Positions 1 through 10,020 of a stretch of 20,000 bases of DNA are shown here, piece by piece. Position numbers and translations under genes: made by a program. This stretch comes from an uncultured virus (IMG/VR IMGVR_UViG_3300034355_000834). Taxonomy: Duplodnaviria > Heunggongvirae > Uroviricota > Caudoviricetes. The DNA is taken from IMG/VR virus record IMGVR_UViG_3300034355_000834; one strand, written 5' to 3'. Positions within the stretch are counted from its first letter, which is position 1. Each line of letters opens with the position of its first letter. The notes under the pieces are model-generated. The model did no database searches. It was not told the DNA's origin and saw only the letters and a program-made list of their open reading frames with translations.

Positions 1-217
1 CGGGTATACCAGCTGTGCCTCTACTTTGTCTACTTAATTCATAAGTAAGCGGAGTAACAGTTACGTTGGTAAGCGTTTGTCCTGTTTCGTATCCAACCAA
101 TGATCCAGAAGCAACTTGAGAATAAAAAATAACATCAGCTTGCTCTTGTGTTGATCCTGGTGGTGCAACGACTACATATTTCGCACCCGAAGGTAAGGTA
201 TATTCAAACTTAACCAT
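1..217 (-). CDS. Hypothetical virion/baseplate protein, partial (runs off the left edge)
   Basis: ATG at 217-215, 1 nt after the stop of the upstream minus-strand gene. The frame is open to base 1 (MVKFEYTLPSGAKYVVVAPPGSTQEQAD...). Not in the ORF track because it is truncated. Confidence 0.7.
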   Translation of the reverse strand, partial: MVKFEYTLPSGAKYVVVAPPGSTQEQADVIFYSQVASGSLVGYETGQTLTNVTVTPLTYELSRQSRGTAGIP

Positions 218-218
218 A

Positions 219-1745
219 TTACTCCTTGGTAATGCTCCACCCACTCGGCATTTGAGGCGCATTTGGCATTGATGATGGCTTTCCTTCTTCCAACGATATA
301 TTCAGTTTTACACCTTGGTTATGATAAGGATATGGCTCATGTGTGGGCGCTCTTGATACTATACTTCGTAGTGCAGTTGGGTCAACTTGCCAACCGGTAG
401 AAGAATCAAATGTAGTATCGGGTAAAATATATTCTGTAATACCATCGGGTGTGCTAACAATAGTAGGTGGCCCACTATTCAATAAAATAGTTGTTCCGAC
501 TAAATTTATAGCGGTTGAACTTTGTGCGCTCAGATAATCTGTTTTTATGCCAAGGAATCCATCTGCTTTTATGCCCAATTCAAATTGACTATAGATACTC
601 ATCAATCCCTTACTCGCAATATCAAGCGTATCATCCGATTGCATGGTGGTTCCTTTCATGCTTTTCATATTGAGCTTATTTCCGGCAAAAATATTTACAT
701 CTTCGTCTGCATGAAGGTTTATTGTTCCTTTTGTTCTTACATTAACTGAGTTGGTGGAGAATACATCTACTGTTCCCTCTTGTCCAAATTCTAACCATGT
801 TTGTCCATTTGCATGAATGATATAAAAGCAATTGGTATCATCGCTCATCAATATCTGGTGGCCATGCGCTGTTCTTAACCTAACCAGATTATTTTTTCCT
901 TTAGCATCACCATCATCCATGACCAAACTATGCCCACCTCGTCTGCCAGTAATTTGAGCACCCTCTGGTGTTTCATTCTGAACATCGCGCAAAAACGTTT
1001 TGTCAAATACTAGATTACCAGCATAGATTCCTCTACCCGGCGTAATAATACCAAAACATTGGCTTGGGCTTTCACGCTGGCTACTTGAGTTAATCGGCCC
1101 TCTTACTGGATCATTGATTAACCCCTGTTGGAATAATGTCATCGCCACGTAAGAATGAACTGGTTTTTTCTGATCAAAGAATTTTGGATTATCAGTGATA
1201 CCTTGATTGGCTATATTGATTTCTGTAACCGGAACCAATGGCGCTTTATTAAAATATGCCAACTGTGCGCCGTTGGTTTCCAATCTTTCTTCTTTCGGAA
1301 CCGCGCCAATTGCAGGCACCATCTGATTACACTGTGGTTGAGGAATACATCCCACGTAATAACCTTGGTTCGGATCACCAGCAACGAAGAAGCACAACAC
1401 TCTTACACCAGTATCTGGCGGAACAAACCACATACCATAGCTATTATTGTTTACATTAAATTTTCCCACATCGTCTGATGTTTGGGATTCCTCTCTCGGA
1501 GTTGAGCCGAAGAACGGCGGGCAATAACTCACTGTTCTCCACAAAGATTTATCAGTCAAATTCGGTTTACCACTCTTTTCAGTATCGCCAAATTCTTCAA
1601 TATACACTTGCAAACGACCACTTCTGGTAGGATCAACATTGTTGACAACAATACCGATGAATGGTCCCATTTCGGTTGGCGAACCACCTCTATCAAATTT
1701 ATATTGATTGGGTCTACCTTTATCTCTGACTACGTTTTCTGCCAT
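219..1745 (-). CDS. Baseplate central spike / hub protein (T4 gp5/VgrG-like OB-fold plus beta-helix; no lysozyme domain evident)
   Basis: GIVVNNVDPTRSGRLQV and GMWFVPPDTGVRVLCFFVAGDPNQGYYVGC resemble the gp5 OB-fold. GHSLVMDD...RLRTAHGHQILMSD and the following short beta repeats fit the beta-helix. Confidence 0.8.
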   Translation of the reverse strand: MAENVVRDKGRPNQYKFDRGGSPTEMGPFIGIVVNNVDPTRSGRLQVYIEEFGDTEKSGKPNLTDKSLWRTVSYCPPFFGSTPREESQTSDDVGKFNVNNNSYGMWFVPPDTGVRVLCFFVAGDPNQGYYVGCIPQPQCNQMVPAIGAVPKEERLETNGAQLAYFNKAPLVPVTEINIANQGITDNPKFFDQKKPVHSYVAMTLFQQGLINDPVRGPINSSSQRESPSQCFGIITPGRGIYAGNLVFDKTFLRDVQNETPEGAQITGRRGGHSLVMDDGDAKGKNNLVRLRTAHGHQILMSDDTNCFYIIHANGQTWLEFGQEGTVDVFSTNSVNVRTKGTINLHADEDVNIFAGNKLNMKSMKGTTMQSDDTLDIASKGLMSIYSQFELGIKADGFLGIKTDYLSAQSSTAINLVGTTILLNSGPPTIVSTPDGITEYILPDTTFDSSTGWQVDPTALRSIVSRAPTHEPYPYHNQGVKLNISLEEGKPSSMPNAPQMPSGWSITKE

Positions 1746-4150
1746 TAGGCTTCTCTGTTAATTAGTTGTGTTGAGCTATTTGTCACTAAGGTTTCCGTTC
1801 CATTTGGAACCTGAGTAATATCACCGTTTGATTGCGGTGGTGTTGCAGGCATTGTGTTATCAAGCGTCACCGGTACATTATTGTTATTTGTCGGAGTCAA
1901 CGATGAAGTAGGTATTCTATAATTTAATCCAGTTGCGTTAGTTTGTGTCGCATTGTTGCGTGTAGTGAGCGCCCTCCTCGCTGGCGTTCTATCAGTTACA
2001 CTCGCTCTTATATCTGATCCTATCATGCTATCTATTTGCAATTGCCTTTCTCTTGATAATCCATCATCAAGCACCCCTTTGAGTGTTTGGGTAAATTTTC
2101 CTTTTTCAAATTTACTTGTGATTTTTGATGTTCTATAAATCACTCTTTGTCTTGGATTATTTTGTCTGCCAACATTGTCAATAATGCCATTTATCTGAGT
2201 ATCGGGGTCCATTAAGCCGGTACTCAAATCATAATCAGACGGTGCGCTAAATGCGATCTCAAATAATACTTGACTACTATCAAGATTTATGCTACCGTCT
2301 GGGTAGAATCCACCATATACTAAATTTTCAGCAGCCGGTAGGCTCAACAATGATCCTTGCGCCATCCATGCCGGATCACCGACTATCTCTATTTCTGCAT
2401 CATTCAATGATTGATTATCATATAAAAAATCAGCGGCATTAGCTGCTATATCATTGGTTCTGCCAGCTGCACCATGCCCAGAATCACCCGATCTTGGTGA
2501 AAATATCAATTTATAATCTTCGTGTCCTTTCAACGATTCGGATAGTCGCTCACCACCATCACCGCCAAGAATGATAGTATGTTGAGTCTTCATGTGTTGT
2601 TCATACCGAAGAATCTGCGTATTTAACCCAGTAAACCAATAGTTGTATTCTTTAACTACGCCGGCAAACGGAGATGGTTTAAAATATGGACTCAATACAC
2701 TATAGACTTTAAATCTTGAGATAACGTACCGAATGGTGTAAGCATAATCATTTCGTTTAGGATCATATCCTTTTGGAATAGCTTGTACATTTATACTAAA
2801 CCAATCAAGATTTTTTTCAGCATTGATGTTATTAAACTGAGTCGTTTCTGATACCAATAGATTGGATTGGTTACTTATGTATGTGCTATTCCTAATAGTT
2901 TGGTCAATGATTTGCGTGATCTGTTGTCCAGCAGTGAAGTCGATCAATCTCACTGATTTATCCATAGATTGACGATTTGGATCACGTTGATCTGCCGCTG
3001 AACCTCTAAGTGGCATACCTGTTCCTTTTGTTCTACCATCTTTTACTGCTACAACCGCATTTGCTATTTCTGGATCAGCGAACTCAATGACATAAGTATT
3101 TGGTATACTGTATACTCCTTTGGCAACCAAATCTTGCTGATATTGATTTAATGCTGTCATCAACCCAAGCCTAACCGTATTTTTCGGTGTTGCTCCACTT
3201 TCATTTATTCTACCGGTAGTTTCAGTAGTCGACCCCGCTGCTTGTCCGGTTGTTACCGTGGTGCCTGTTGATAATACTTCCTTTACTGTATTACCACTTA
3301 CTTCCACATTGTACATCAAGCTATTTTGATTTTGGCCCTTGACTACCGTGATGGCGAGAGGTATAGCTTTTATGTGGTATTCAACCAATTTGTTTTCTTT
3401 TCCTACATTATATTCAATGTCGGTTATTTGGAATGGATAAAATTTTTCAACCAATGCGTAATTACTTTGCCCAGAAAGAGGTTTTCCTACTTGTACCAAA
3501 TTGCCATTTTCATCATAACCATAGAATTTAATTGCCATGACATAATTCTGAGAGCCAAGTGATTGATCTTTATCACCTCCAGCGCCCATCATGGCTTTAA
3601 TTGCTGCTCGCAGTCGTGGAATTAACGTAATTCCAGCCGGCTCTACTACGGTAAACGACATTTCAGAATCCATTGATGCTGTAGATTGTTCTCCTATTGG
3701 ATTTGTTTCAAGTATCAGATTGTCAAAGTAAAAATCAACATCAAAATAGGGACTGCGCTCATCATTGTTTACGCCACCACTTTGCATAACAATTGCTTGA
3801 GATGATAGAACCGATAAATCACCAGACATCACTTTAGCAATAGCATCTGATGTACACAGATACCACGTTAAAACATAATTGTAACTATAATAGTTGTCAA
3901 GTATATTGGGTTGCGCTGTGATTCTATCACTAAAAGGGGTACCGGCTTGAACAGCGACTTTTACTCTGTTGATGGTTGCATCATCGCTCGGGGCACCGGT
4001 ACCCGGAACAATGTTTGAAGAATTTGCATTTAAGTTGACCGGTTGTGGTCCATTTACACCAGTATTGACAAGCGTGATATTTGTCGGCGGTGTTGTTTGA
4101 CTCTGAGTAGTCGTTACAACAGGTACATTAGCTCCTACAACTACTGGCAT
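1745..4150 (-). CDS. Baseplate hub-like structural protein (gp27/gpD-like)
   Basis: 801-aa ORF upstream of the spike gene. NILDNYYSYNY near the N-terminus, AEIEIVGDP and SKFEKGKFTQTL near the C-terminus are typical of hub proteins. Termini are T/N/P-rich. Confidence 0.6.
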   Translation of the reverse strand: MPVVVGANVPVVTTTQSQTTPPTNITLVNTGVNGPQPVNLNANSSNIVPGTGAPSDDATINRVKVAVQAGTPFSDRITAQPNILDNYYSYNYVLTWYLCTSDAIAKVMSGDLSVLSSQAIVMQSGGVNNDERSPYFDVDFYFDNLILETNPIGEQSTASMDSEMSFTVVEPAGITLIPRLRAAIKAMMGAGGDKDQSLGSQNYVMAIKFYGYDENGNLVQVGKPLSGQSNYALVEKFYPFQITDIEYNVGKENKLVEYHIKAIPLAITVVKGQNQNSLMYNVEVSGNTVKEVLSTGTTVTTGQAAGSTTETTGRINESGATPKNTVRLGLMTALNQYQQDLVAKGVYSIPNTYVIEFADPEIANAVVAVKDGRTKGTGMPLRGSAADQRDPNRQSMDKSVRLIDFTAGQQITQIIDQTIRNSTYISNQSNLLVSETTQFNNINAEKNLDWFSINVQAIPKGYDPKRNDYAYTIRYVISRFKVYSVLSPYFKPSPFAGVVKEYNYWFTGLNTQILRYEQHMKTQHTIILGGDGGERLSESLKGHEDYKLIFSPRSGDSGHGAAGRTNDIAANAADFLYDNQSLNDAEIEIVGDPAWMAQGSLLSLPAAENLVYGGFYPDGSINLDSSQVLFEIAFSAPSDYDLSTGLMDPDTQINGIIDNVGRQNNPRQRVIYRTSKITSKFEKGKFTQTLKGVLDDGLSRERQLQIDSMIGSDIRASVTDRTPARRALTTRNNATQTNATGLNYRIPTSSLTPTNNNNVPVTLDNTMPATPPQSNGDITQVPNGTETLVTNSSTQLINREA

Positions 4151-4151
4151 A

Positions 4152-4454
4152 TTAGTATCCTAATGCTGCTTTTAATGTCGTGACTTTTGGCAAATAAATT
4201 TGAACACCGTCCGTAAAATCATAAGGAGGTGCTGTCAATGTATTAGGATTTCTTTGGTAAAATACCCACCATAATCCAGAATTGGAATACAAATCGTTTG
4301 CCAATAAATCAGGTCTATATTGATATGTCGCGTTAATAACAAATAATCTATCGTCAGTCTCTTTTGGAATAGGACGATTTACCCAAGGACCAAGATAAAA
4401 TGATTCAAATGGCGTAAGGTAATAGGGGCTGGTTGCTGGATATACAACAGTCAT
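4152..4454 (-). CDS. Baseplate wedge protein, LysM-like (T4 gp53 / tail X-like)
   Basis: YQYRPDLLANDLYSNSGLWWVF...N...G.QIYLP motif. Likely ATG at 4454, overlapping the upstream TAA (TAATG). Confidence 0.75.
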   Translation of the reverse strand: MTVVYPATSPYYLTPFESFYLGPWVNRPIPKETDDRLFVINATYQYRPDLLANDLYSNSGLWWVFYQRNPNTLTAPPYDFTDGVQIYLPKVTTLKAALGY

Positions 4455-5323
4455 TACCACATACCTCCCTTTAATAAAGCGCCCGTAGCGAAGCCTTTTA
4501 AGCTAAACGATTGACTCACTTGTCTTCTTGTTTGCATCGGTAAAACAGAAATATTGATAGTCATTTTAGTTGGAACATAAGTTGGAATACTTGCACCTAA
4601 ATTGGGCGATTGTGTAGCGAACGCATTAGGGGGAATAGCACCCGAGGTTAGTCCGGCAGTCTGCAATCTGGTTGCCGCCAATGATAAATTAGTCAATGTA
4701 GAGTTCTGTTTTGGTCTCTGATTGGAAAAATCAATACCGGTATTTTGAACTTTTGAACGTATGTAATCTACGTCTGGTGGCAATTGGTATGCAAAATTGG
4801 ACACCACAGCAGTATGCTCAATAAATTGATTAGGCCCGAATCCGGTCAAATAAACCAATGGTGGTGGGCTACCTCTTTCTGCATCTTGACCATAAAACAT
4901 CTTGGTTACTGATCTAAAAAAGTGAATTACCGCCAACAAGTAATTAGCTTCAAATGTATCTTGTGCTGTAAAAACACCCGAGATATCAACTTGGTCAACC
5001 GAACTACCTTGATAAAATTGCCCCAAATAATTTGAGTGAGTCAATTGATACGGCGCGTAGTTAGCTTTATACGATGTAGATACTTGTGGAGTATATGGAA
5101 AAATAACACCATCGGTGACTTTAAGTGGCTCTAATATGCCAGCAGGACTTGCGTTATATAAATAATCACTTTGAGGCGCAAGACTTATTCTAAAACGCCA
5201 GTCACCATTATTGTATAAACTTGTTTGATTAGTGATAGATTGCTGTAACTGAGCATTTAATACTGAGCCTTGTGTGGCAGCATTAAGTTCATTTACAGGG
5301 TCTAAAGTATATGGTTCTGGCAT
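4454..5323 (-). CDS. Tail-tube initiator / baseplate protein (gp48/gp54-like tube fold)
   Basis: GVIFPYTPQV...Y...THSNY, GSPPPLVYLTGFG and YVPTKMTINISVLP segments; position next to the LysM-like and hub genes. Confidence 0.6.
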   Translation of the reverse strand: MPEPYTLDPVNELNAATQGSVLNAQLQQSITNQTSLYNNGDWRFRISLAPQSDYLYNASPAGILEPLKVTDGVIFPYTPQVSTSYKANYAPYQLTHSNYLGQFYQGSSVDQVDISGVFTAQDTFEANYLLAVIHFFRSVTKMFYGQDAERGSPPPLVYLTGFGPNQFIEHTAVVSNFAYQLPPDVDYIRSKVQNTGIDFSNQRPKQNSTLTNLSLAATRLQTAGLTSGAIPPNAFATQSPNLGASIPTYVPTKMTINISVLPMQTRRQVSQSFSLKGFATGALLKGGMW

Positions 5324-5344
5324 AGTTTTTCCACGGTATTGTAT

Positions 5345-5352
5345 TATTTATG
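5345..5352 (-). promoter_or_regulatory. T4-type late promoter-like motif CATAAATA
   Basis: One mismatch to T4 late TATAAATA, ~22 nt upstream of the structural operon start. The same octamer precedes the other structural unit at 19982-19989. Confidence 0.6.
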
Positions 5353-5375
5353 CTTGAAAAATAGTGAAATTTTTC

Positions 5376-5404
5376 TTGCATAGGATGATATTATCTGATA
5401 TATT
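5376..5404 (+). promoter_or_regulatory. Sigma70-like promoter for the late-sigma gene
   Basis: TTGCAT-17 nt-TATATT with TG just upstream of the -10. Confidence 0.45.
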
Positions 5405-5433
5405 ATACTCATGTGTGTAACAGAGGAGGAATA

Positions 5434-6306
5434 GTGACACCGAGCAAAGTAAATTATCTAAACAATCGCGATCTTCTAAAAGAGATTCATAACAGTAAAA
5501 TCACTTACTGTAGTTTTCAGAACAAGGACACCGATCATCAATATGACATTATTTTACCCAGCGTTGAAAAAATAAATCGCTTAACTATTTCAGAGGCAAA
5601 GAGGCTCAAGGCTGATAGATTGAAGAAGGAAGGAATCGCTGAGATTGATCCAAAAAAGATTTCTCACACAGATTTAGTATTCCGAGTCCCATGTTGGGAT
5701 CATATTCCATTAGCTGTTCCAAAAGAAGCAAAAACTAAAACCAAGAAGATCAATATCACTGATGTATTTGATTTCTCGGACATATCACCAGAAGTAGATG
5801 ATGTCATCAATGATGACAATCCTATCAGCACAAAATACGTCGTACTGAATTTTCCGCCGTTTTATCACTATCGCCTTGATGAGAATAAGATACCGTATAT
5901 TGTCGGGAAAAGTCATTGGTCGGGTGATTTGGAAAATGGAGAATTTTGCCAAACGCACGGGCAAATAACCAATAAATTGGGTATGATGTTCATGAAATTA
6001 TGTGAACGATATTCCAGCAAAGGAAATTGGCGCTCATATTCTTATGTAGATGAAATGAGAAATCAGGCATTGTTACAATTGTCAATCAGTGGATTAAAAT
6101 TTGATGAATCCAAGGGTAGCAATCCATTTGCATACTTCACTTGCTGTGTAACCAATGCATTCAGACGCATTCTGAACAATGAAAAAGTTGCTCAAAATTT
6201 ACGTGATGATCTACTTGAAGCAAATGGACTCAACCCGAGTTGGTCAAGGCAGCAACAAGGCGTGTTTGAGGCTCAATTAAAAGCGCATAATTCAGAAGAA
6301 CATTAA
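5434..6306 (+). CDS. Late-transcription sigma factor (T4 gp55-like)
   Basis: VNYLNNRDLLKEI, NWRSYSYVDEM and KFDESKGSNPFAYFT motifs; lies upstream of gp47/gp46 as in T4-like phages. GAGGAGGA SD at 5423-5430 favours the GTG at 5434. Confidence 0.85.
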   Translation: MTPSKVNYLNNRDLLKEIHNSKITYCSFQNKDTDHQYDIILPSVEKINRLTISEAKRLKADRLKKEGIAEIDPKKISHTDLVFRVPCWDHIPLAVPKEAKTKTKKINITDVFDFSDISPEVDDVINDDNPISTKYVVLNFPPFYHYRLDENKIPYIVGKSHWSGDLENGEFCQTHGQITNKLGMMFMKLCERYSSKGNWRSYSYVDEMRNQALLQLSISGLKFDESKGSNPFAYFTCCVTNAFRRILNNEKVAQNLRDDLLEANGLNPSWSRQQQGVFEAQLKAHNSEEH

Positions 6307-6311
6307 AAAGC

Positions 6312-6340
6312 TTGCAATCCTATGATAGATGATGTAGACT
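6312..6340 (+). promoter_or_regulatory. Candidate sigma70-like promoter
   Basis: TTGCAA-17 nt-TAGACT in the intergenic gap. Confidence 0.35.
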
Positions 6341-6370
6341 GATGTTTGCATTATTATCGTAGGATTTTTT

Positions 6371-7387
6371 ATGTCTAATTTATTTAAAAAAGCGGCAGTT
6401 TTCACGGACCTCCATTTAGGACTCAAGTCCGATAGTGTTATTCACAACAATGATTGCATGGAATTTATTGATTGGTTTATCGCCACTGCTAAAGAGCAGA
6501 ATTGCGAGACTGGTATGTTCCTTGGTGATTGGCACAACAATAGAGCCTCACTCAATATCAGAACATTGCAATATTCACTGATTGCTTTGGAAAAGTTAGC
6601 AAAGGCGTTTGATCGTTTCTACTTTATCGTAGGGAATCATGATTCTTTTCTAAAAAACAGTCGTGAGGTAAATTCGCTTGAATGGGCGAAACACTTGGAT
6701 AACATTGTTCTATGCGATAATTGGTTATCAGAAGGCGATGTTACGATTGTTCCATGGATAGTAGAAGATGAGCATAAGCGTATTCAAAAAATAAAATCAA
6801 AATACGTTTTTGGCCACTTTGAATTACCTCACTTTAAGATGAACTCTTTAGTTACGATGCCCGATCATGGTTCAATTCGCAATGAAGATTTTGACAAGAT
6901 AGAAAAAGTCTTTTCTGGTCATTTTCATTTACGCCAGTGTAAAAACAACATTCATTACATTGGAAACGCTTTTCCCCACAATTTTTCGGACACTGGCGAT
7001 AGCGAACGCGGTTGTATGATTCTTGAATGGGGCAACGAACCAGAGTATTATTCATGGCCAAATCAGCCATTGTATTCTGCAACCAAATTAAGTACACTGA
7101 TTGACACAGCGCCCACGATATTGAAGGCGAATATGCATCTCAAGGTTGATTTGGACATTGATATCAGTTACGAAGAAGCCAATTTTATCAAGGATACATT
7201 TATCAGAGACTATTCATTAAGAGAAATGACGCTCATACCTATTAAAAATAATCAAGTCGACGTTGACCTATCACCCGGCGAGATCGTGTTTGAATCTATT
7301 GACCAAATCGTAACTTCCCAATTGACCAACATCAATAGCGAATTTTATGATCCAAAACTACTCCTTTCAATTTATCAGAACCTATGA
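6371..7387 (+). CDS. Recombination nuclease, Mre11/SbcD-like (T4 gp47-like)
   Basis: Metallophosphoesterase motifs DLHLG, LGDWH, GNHD, FGHF and SGHFH. Confidence 0.92.
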   Translation: MSNLFKKAAVFTDLHLGLKSDSVIHNNDCMEFIDWFIATAKEQNCETGMFLGDWHNNRASLNIRTLQYSLIALEKLAKAFDRFYFIVGNHDSFLKNSREVNSLEWAKHLDNIVLCDNWLSEGDVTIVPWIVEDEHKRIQKIKSKYVFGHFELPHFKMNSLVTMPDHGSIRNEDFDKIEKVFSGHFHLRQCKNNIHYIGNAFPHNFSDTGDSERGCMILEWGNEPEYYSWPNQPLYSATKLSTLIDTAPTILKANMHLKVDLDIDISYEEANFIKDTFIRDYSLREMTLIPIKNNQVDVDLSPGEIVFESIDQIVTSQLTNINSEFYDPKLLLSIYQNL

Positions 7388-7746
7388 TCATTGAATGGTT
7401 CAGAAAGACATTGAATATCGCAGAGAGAGCCGATCTATATGAAATGTCAAATATTCCTTCAAAACGGACTGGTTTACCTGTCACGGTTTTTTGTTCGCCA
7501 AAAGGCGCAGCTAAACACGAGTGTAGAGTAAAGGTGTCTAATATAGCCGGAGGAGTTAATGAACATGACGTATTTTCTATTGATTTAAGTGATCTTATTG
7601 TGCGAGGACACTGCAAGTTATCATCAGATGATCTAGAAGCGGTGAAGTGGTGGATTCACCGAAATCGTTTTGTAATTTTAGATTTCTGGAAAGAACGCAT
7701 AGATACATTGGATTTCTTGCAATCAATCAAGCCCATATCAGAGTAA
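7384..7746 (+). CDS. Small hypothetical protein (possibly DUF4160-like)
   Basis: ATGA overlap with gp47. EMSNI...TGLPV.V...H..RVKV...WI..N...ILDFW pattern recalled from small phage proteins. Confidence 0.55.
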   Translation: MIIEWFRKTLNIAERADLYEMSNIPSKRTGLPVTVFCSPKGAAKHECRVKVSNIAGGVNEHDVFSIDLSDLIVRGHCKLSSDDLEAVKWWIHRNRFVILDFWKERIDTLDFLQSIKPISE

Positions 7747-7755
7747 CAGATTAAA

Positions 7756-9516
7756 ATGACAATTAAACTCAACAATATTACACTCAAAAATTTTCTATCA
7801 ATCGGAGCGTCGTCTCAAGGAATTCATCTTGGGACAAACGAACTGACGTTGATCTTAGGCGAAAACATTGATCTTGGTGGTGATGGTAGCAGAAATGGAA
7901 CTGGAAAAACTTCCATTCTTCAAGCTATTTCATATGCGCTATATGGTCAATCTATTAGCTCAATTAAAAAAGATAATCTTATCAATCTAACCAACAATAA
8001 AAATATGTTGGTGAGCATTGACTTTACAATCAATGATAAGGAATACAGAATTGAACGAGGAAGAAGGCCAAACATTCTTAAATTTTATGTAAACGACCAA
8101 GAGCAAAAATTCAATGATGAAGCTCAGGGTGATAGCCGAGAAACGCAATACGCGATTGAAAAATTGATAGGCATCAGTCATGATATGTTCAAGCATATTG
8201 TAGCTATCAACACCTATACTGAATCGTTTTTAGCACTCAAGACGAACGATCAGCGAGTAATTATTGAACAACTATTAGGAATCACTCAGTTAAGTGAACG
8301 AGCAGAAAAAATAAAAGAGCAATCAAAAGCAACCAGAGATTCTATATCTCAAGAAGAATTCAGAATAAAAGCAATCAATGAAGCCAACAATAAAATTCAA
8401 GAGCAAATTGATAGCTTAATCAAACGACAAAAATTATGGCTCAATAAACAAGCTCAAGATATTGAATCATTCAAAAACGCATTAGACGATCTATCACACG
8501 TTGAAATTGAATCTGAAATTCAAGGTCATAAAAATTTGGAAGAATGGTTGATTAAAAGCACAGCGATCACCGAGGCCGAAAAGTGGATTAAATCAATTGA
8601 TTCCGAACAAAAGCGATTAGAGAAAACTCAGAGTAAGCTAAAAACAGAAATTGAGGCACTTGAATCACATAAATGTTACGCTTGTGGTCAAGAGCTACAC
8701 GATGAAAAACAAAATGAAATCATCCAATCAAAGAGCGAAATGCTACAAGAAGCGGTGACGCAGTGGTTATCAAACGATACTCAATGGCATGAACATAAAA
8801 AAATTATTGATGAGTTGGGTGATATTGGCAAGCGACCTACCGTTTTTTACAATACGCTTGAGCAAGCATTAAATCATCGCCATGCGGTAGAATCACTTGA
8901 ACAACAGATGAATAGTAGAATCAACGACCATGATCCTTATGGCGAACAGATTGATGATATGAAACATCGTGCATTACAAGAAATTAGCTACGATAAGCTC
9001 AATGAACTGACACGAATAAACGAACACCAAGATTTTCTGCTAAAATTGCTAACCAGCAAAGATAGCTTTATTCGTAAAAAAATCATTGATCAGAATCTAG
9101 CTTATCTAAATTCAAGGTTGACGCATTATTTGGATAGAATGGGCTTACCTCATGTTGTAAAATTTCAAAATGATTTATCAGTATCTATTGAAGAATACGG
9201 CAGAGAAATGTGCTTTGGCAATCTTAGCAGGGGTGAGATGACCCGATTAACACTATCATTGAGCTTCGCATTTAGAGACGTGTTTGAAAGTCTTTTTTCA
9301 TCCATCAATCTTTTATTGATAGATGAAATGATTGATGCCGGATTGGATTCTACTGGTGTTGAGAATGCGTTATCAGTATTGAAGAAGATTTCACGCGATA
9401 GACAAAAGAGCATATTCTTGGTATCACACCGCGAAGAACTATTGAGCAGAGTAGATAGAAAATTGTTGGTAGTTAAAGAAAATGGATTCACCTCATTTAG
9501 CGAGGAGGCATCATGA
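7756..9516 (+). CDS. Recombination ATPase, Rad50/SbcC-like (T4 gp46-like)
   Basis: Walker A NGTGKT, coiled coil with zinc-hook CYAC, signature LSRGE, Walker B LLLIDE, D-loop and H-loop (VSH). Confidence 0.93.
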   Translation: MTIKLNNITLKNFLSIGASSQGIHLGTNELTLILGENIDLGGDGSRNGTGKTSILQAISYALYGQSISSIKKDNLINLTNNKNMLVSIDFTINDKEYRIERGRRPNILKFYVNDQEQKFNDEAQGDSRETQYAIEKLIGISHDMFKHIVAINTYTESFLALKTNDQRVIIEQLLGITQLSERAEKIKEQSKATRDSISQEEFRIKAINEANNKIQEQIDSLIKRQKLWLNKQAQDIESFKNALDDLSHVEIESEIQGHKNLEEWLIKSTAITEAEKWIKSIDSEQKRLEKTQSKLKTEIEALESHKCYACGQELHDEKQNEIIQSKSEMLQEAVTQWLSNDTQWHEHKKIIDELGDIGKRPTVFYNTLEQALNHRHAVESLEQQMNSRINDHDPYGEQIDDMKHRALQEISYDKLNELTRINEHQDFLLKLLTSKDSFIRKKIIDQNLAYLNSRLTHYLDRMGLPHVVKFQNDLSVSIEEYGREMCFGNLSRGEMTRLTLSLSFAFRDVFESLFSSINLLLIDEMIDAGLDSTGVENALSVLKKISRDRQKSIFLVSHREELLSRVDRKLLVVKENGFTSFSEEAS

Positions 9517-9947
9517 AACAACGAATGATAGAATTTTACCTTGATTTAGCTAAACGAACAGCACAATTGAGCAGAGCGAAAAAACTTCAAGTAGGATGTG
9601 TGTTAGTTACTACAGAAGACGCTTTGCTGTATGGGTGGAATGGTGTACCGGCTGCTGGGCGTGGTGGTTGGCTCAATCAATGTGAATATGAATTGGAAGA
9701 CGGTTCTCTTAAAACATACGATTACGTACTTCATGCGGAATCAAACGCCTTGATGAAATTAGCGAAATCTACATTAAGCGGAATAGGATCATCGTTGTTT
9801 TGTACTCATAGTCCTTGTATTCATTGCGCTAAGTTGATTTATCAAGCGGGCATCGTGTCTGTGCATTATATTGAGGATTATCGGTGTGATCATGGGGTGG
9901 AATTTCTGAAACAATGCGAGGTAGAAATAATCAAACATAATAGTTGA
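9513..9947 (+). CDS. dCMP deaminase
   Basis: HAESNA and SPCIHC zinc-binding motifs, with VGCV and GWNG motifs. Confidence 0.9.
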   Translation: MKQRMIEFYLDLAKRTAQLSRAKKLQVGCVLVTTEDALLYGWNGVPAAGRGGWLNQCEYELEDGSLKTYDYVLHAESNALMKLAKSTLSGIGSSLFCTHSPCIHCAKLIYQAGIVSVHYIEDYRCDHGVEFLKQCEVEIIKHNS

Positions 9948-9971
9948 CATTCTGAATTTTTTCTGTATAAT
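9944..9971 (+). promoter_or_regulatory. Phage early sigma70-type promoter (copy 1)
   Basis: TTGACA-16 nt-TATAAT; TTCTGTATAAT core shared with three other sites. Confidence 0.8.
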
Positions 9972-10020
9972 GCCTCTCACGGTCGGGCTGTTCCGATTCA
10001 AAATTTTAAAGAGGCATTAA

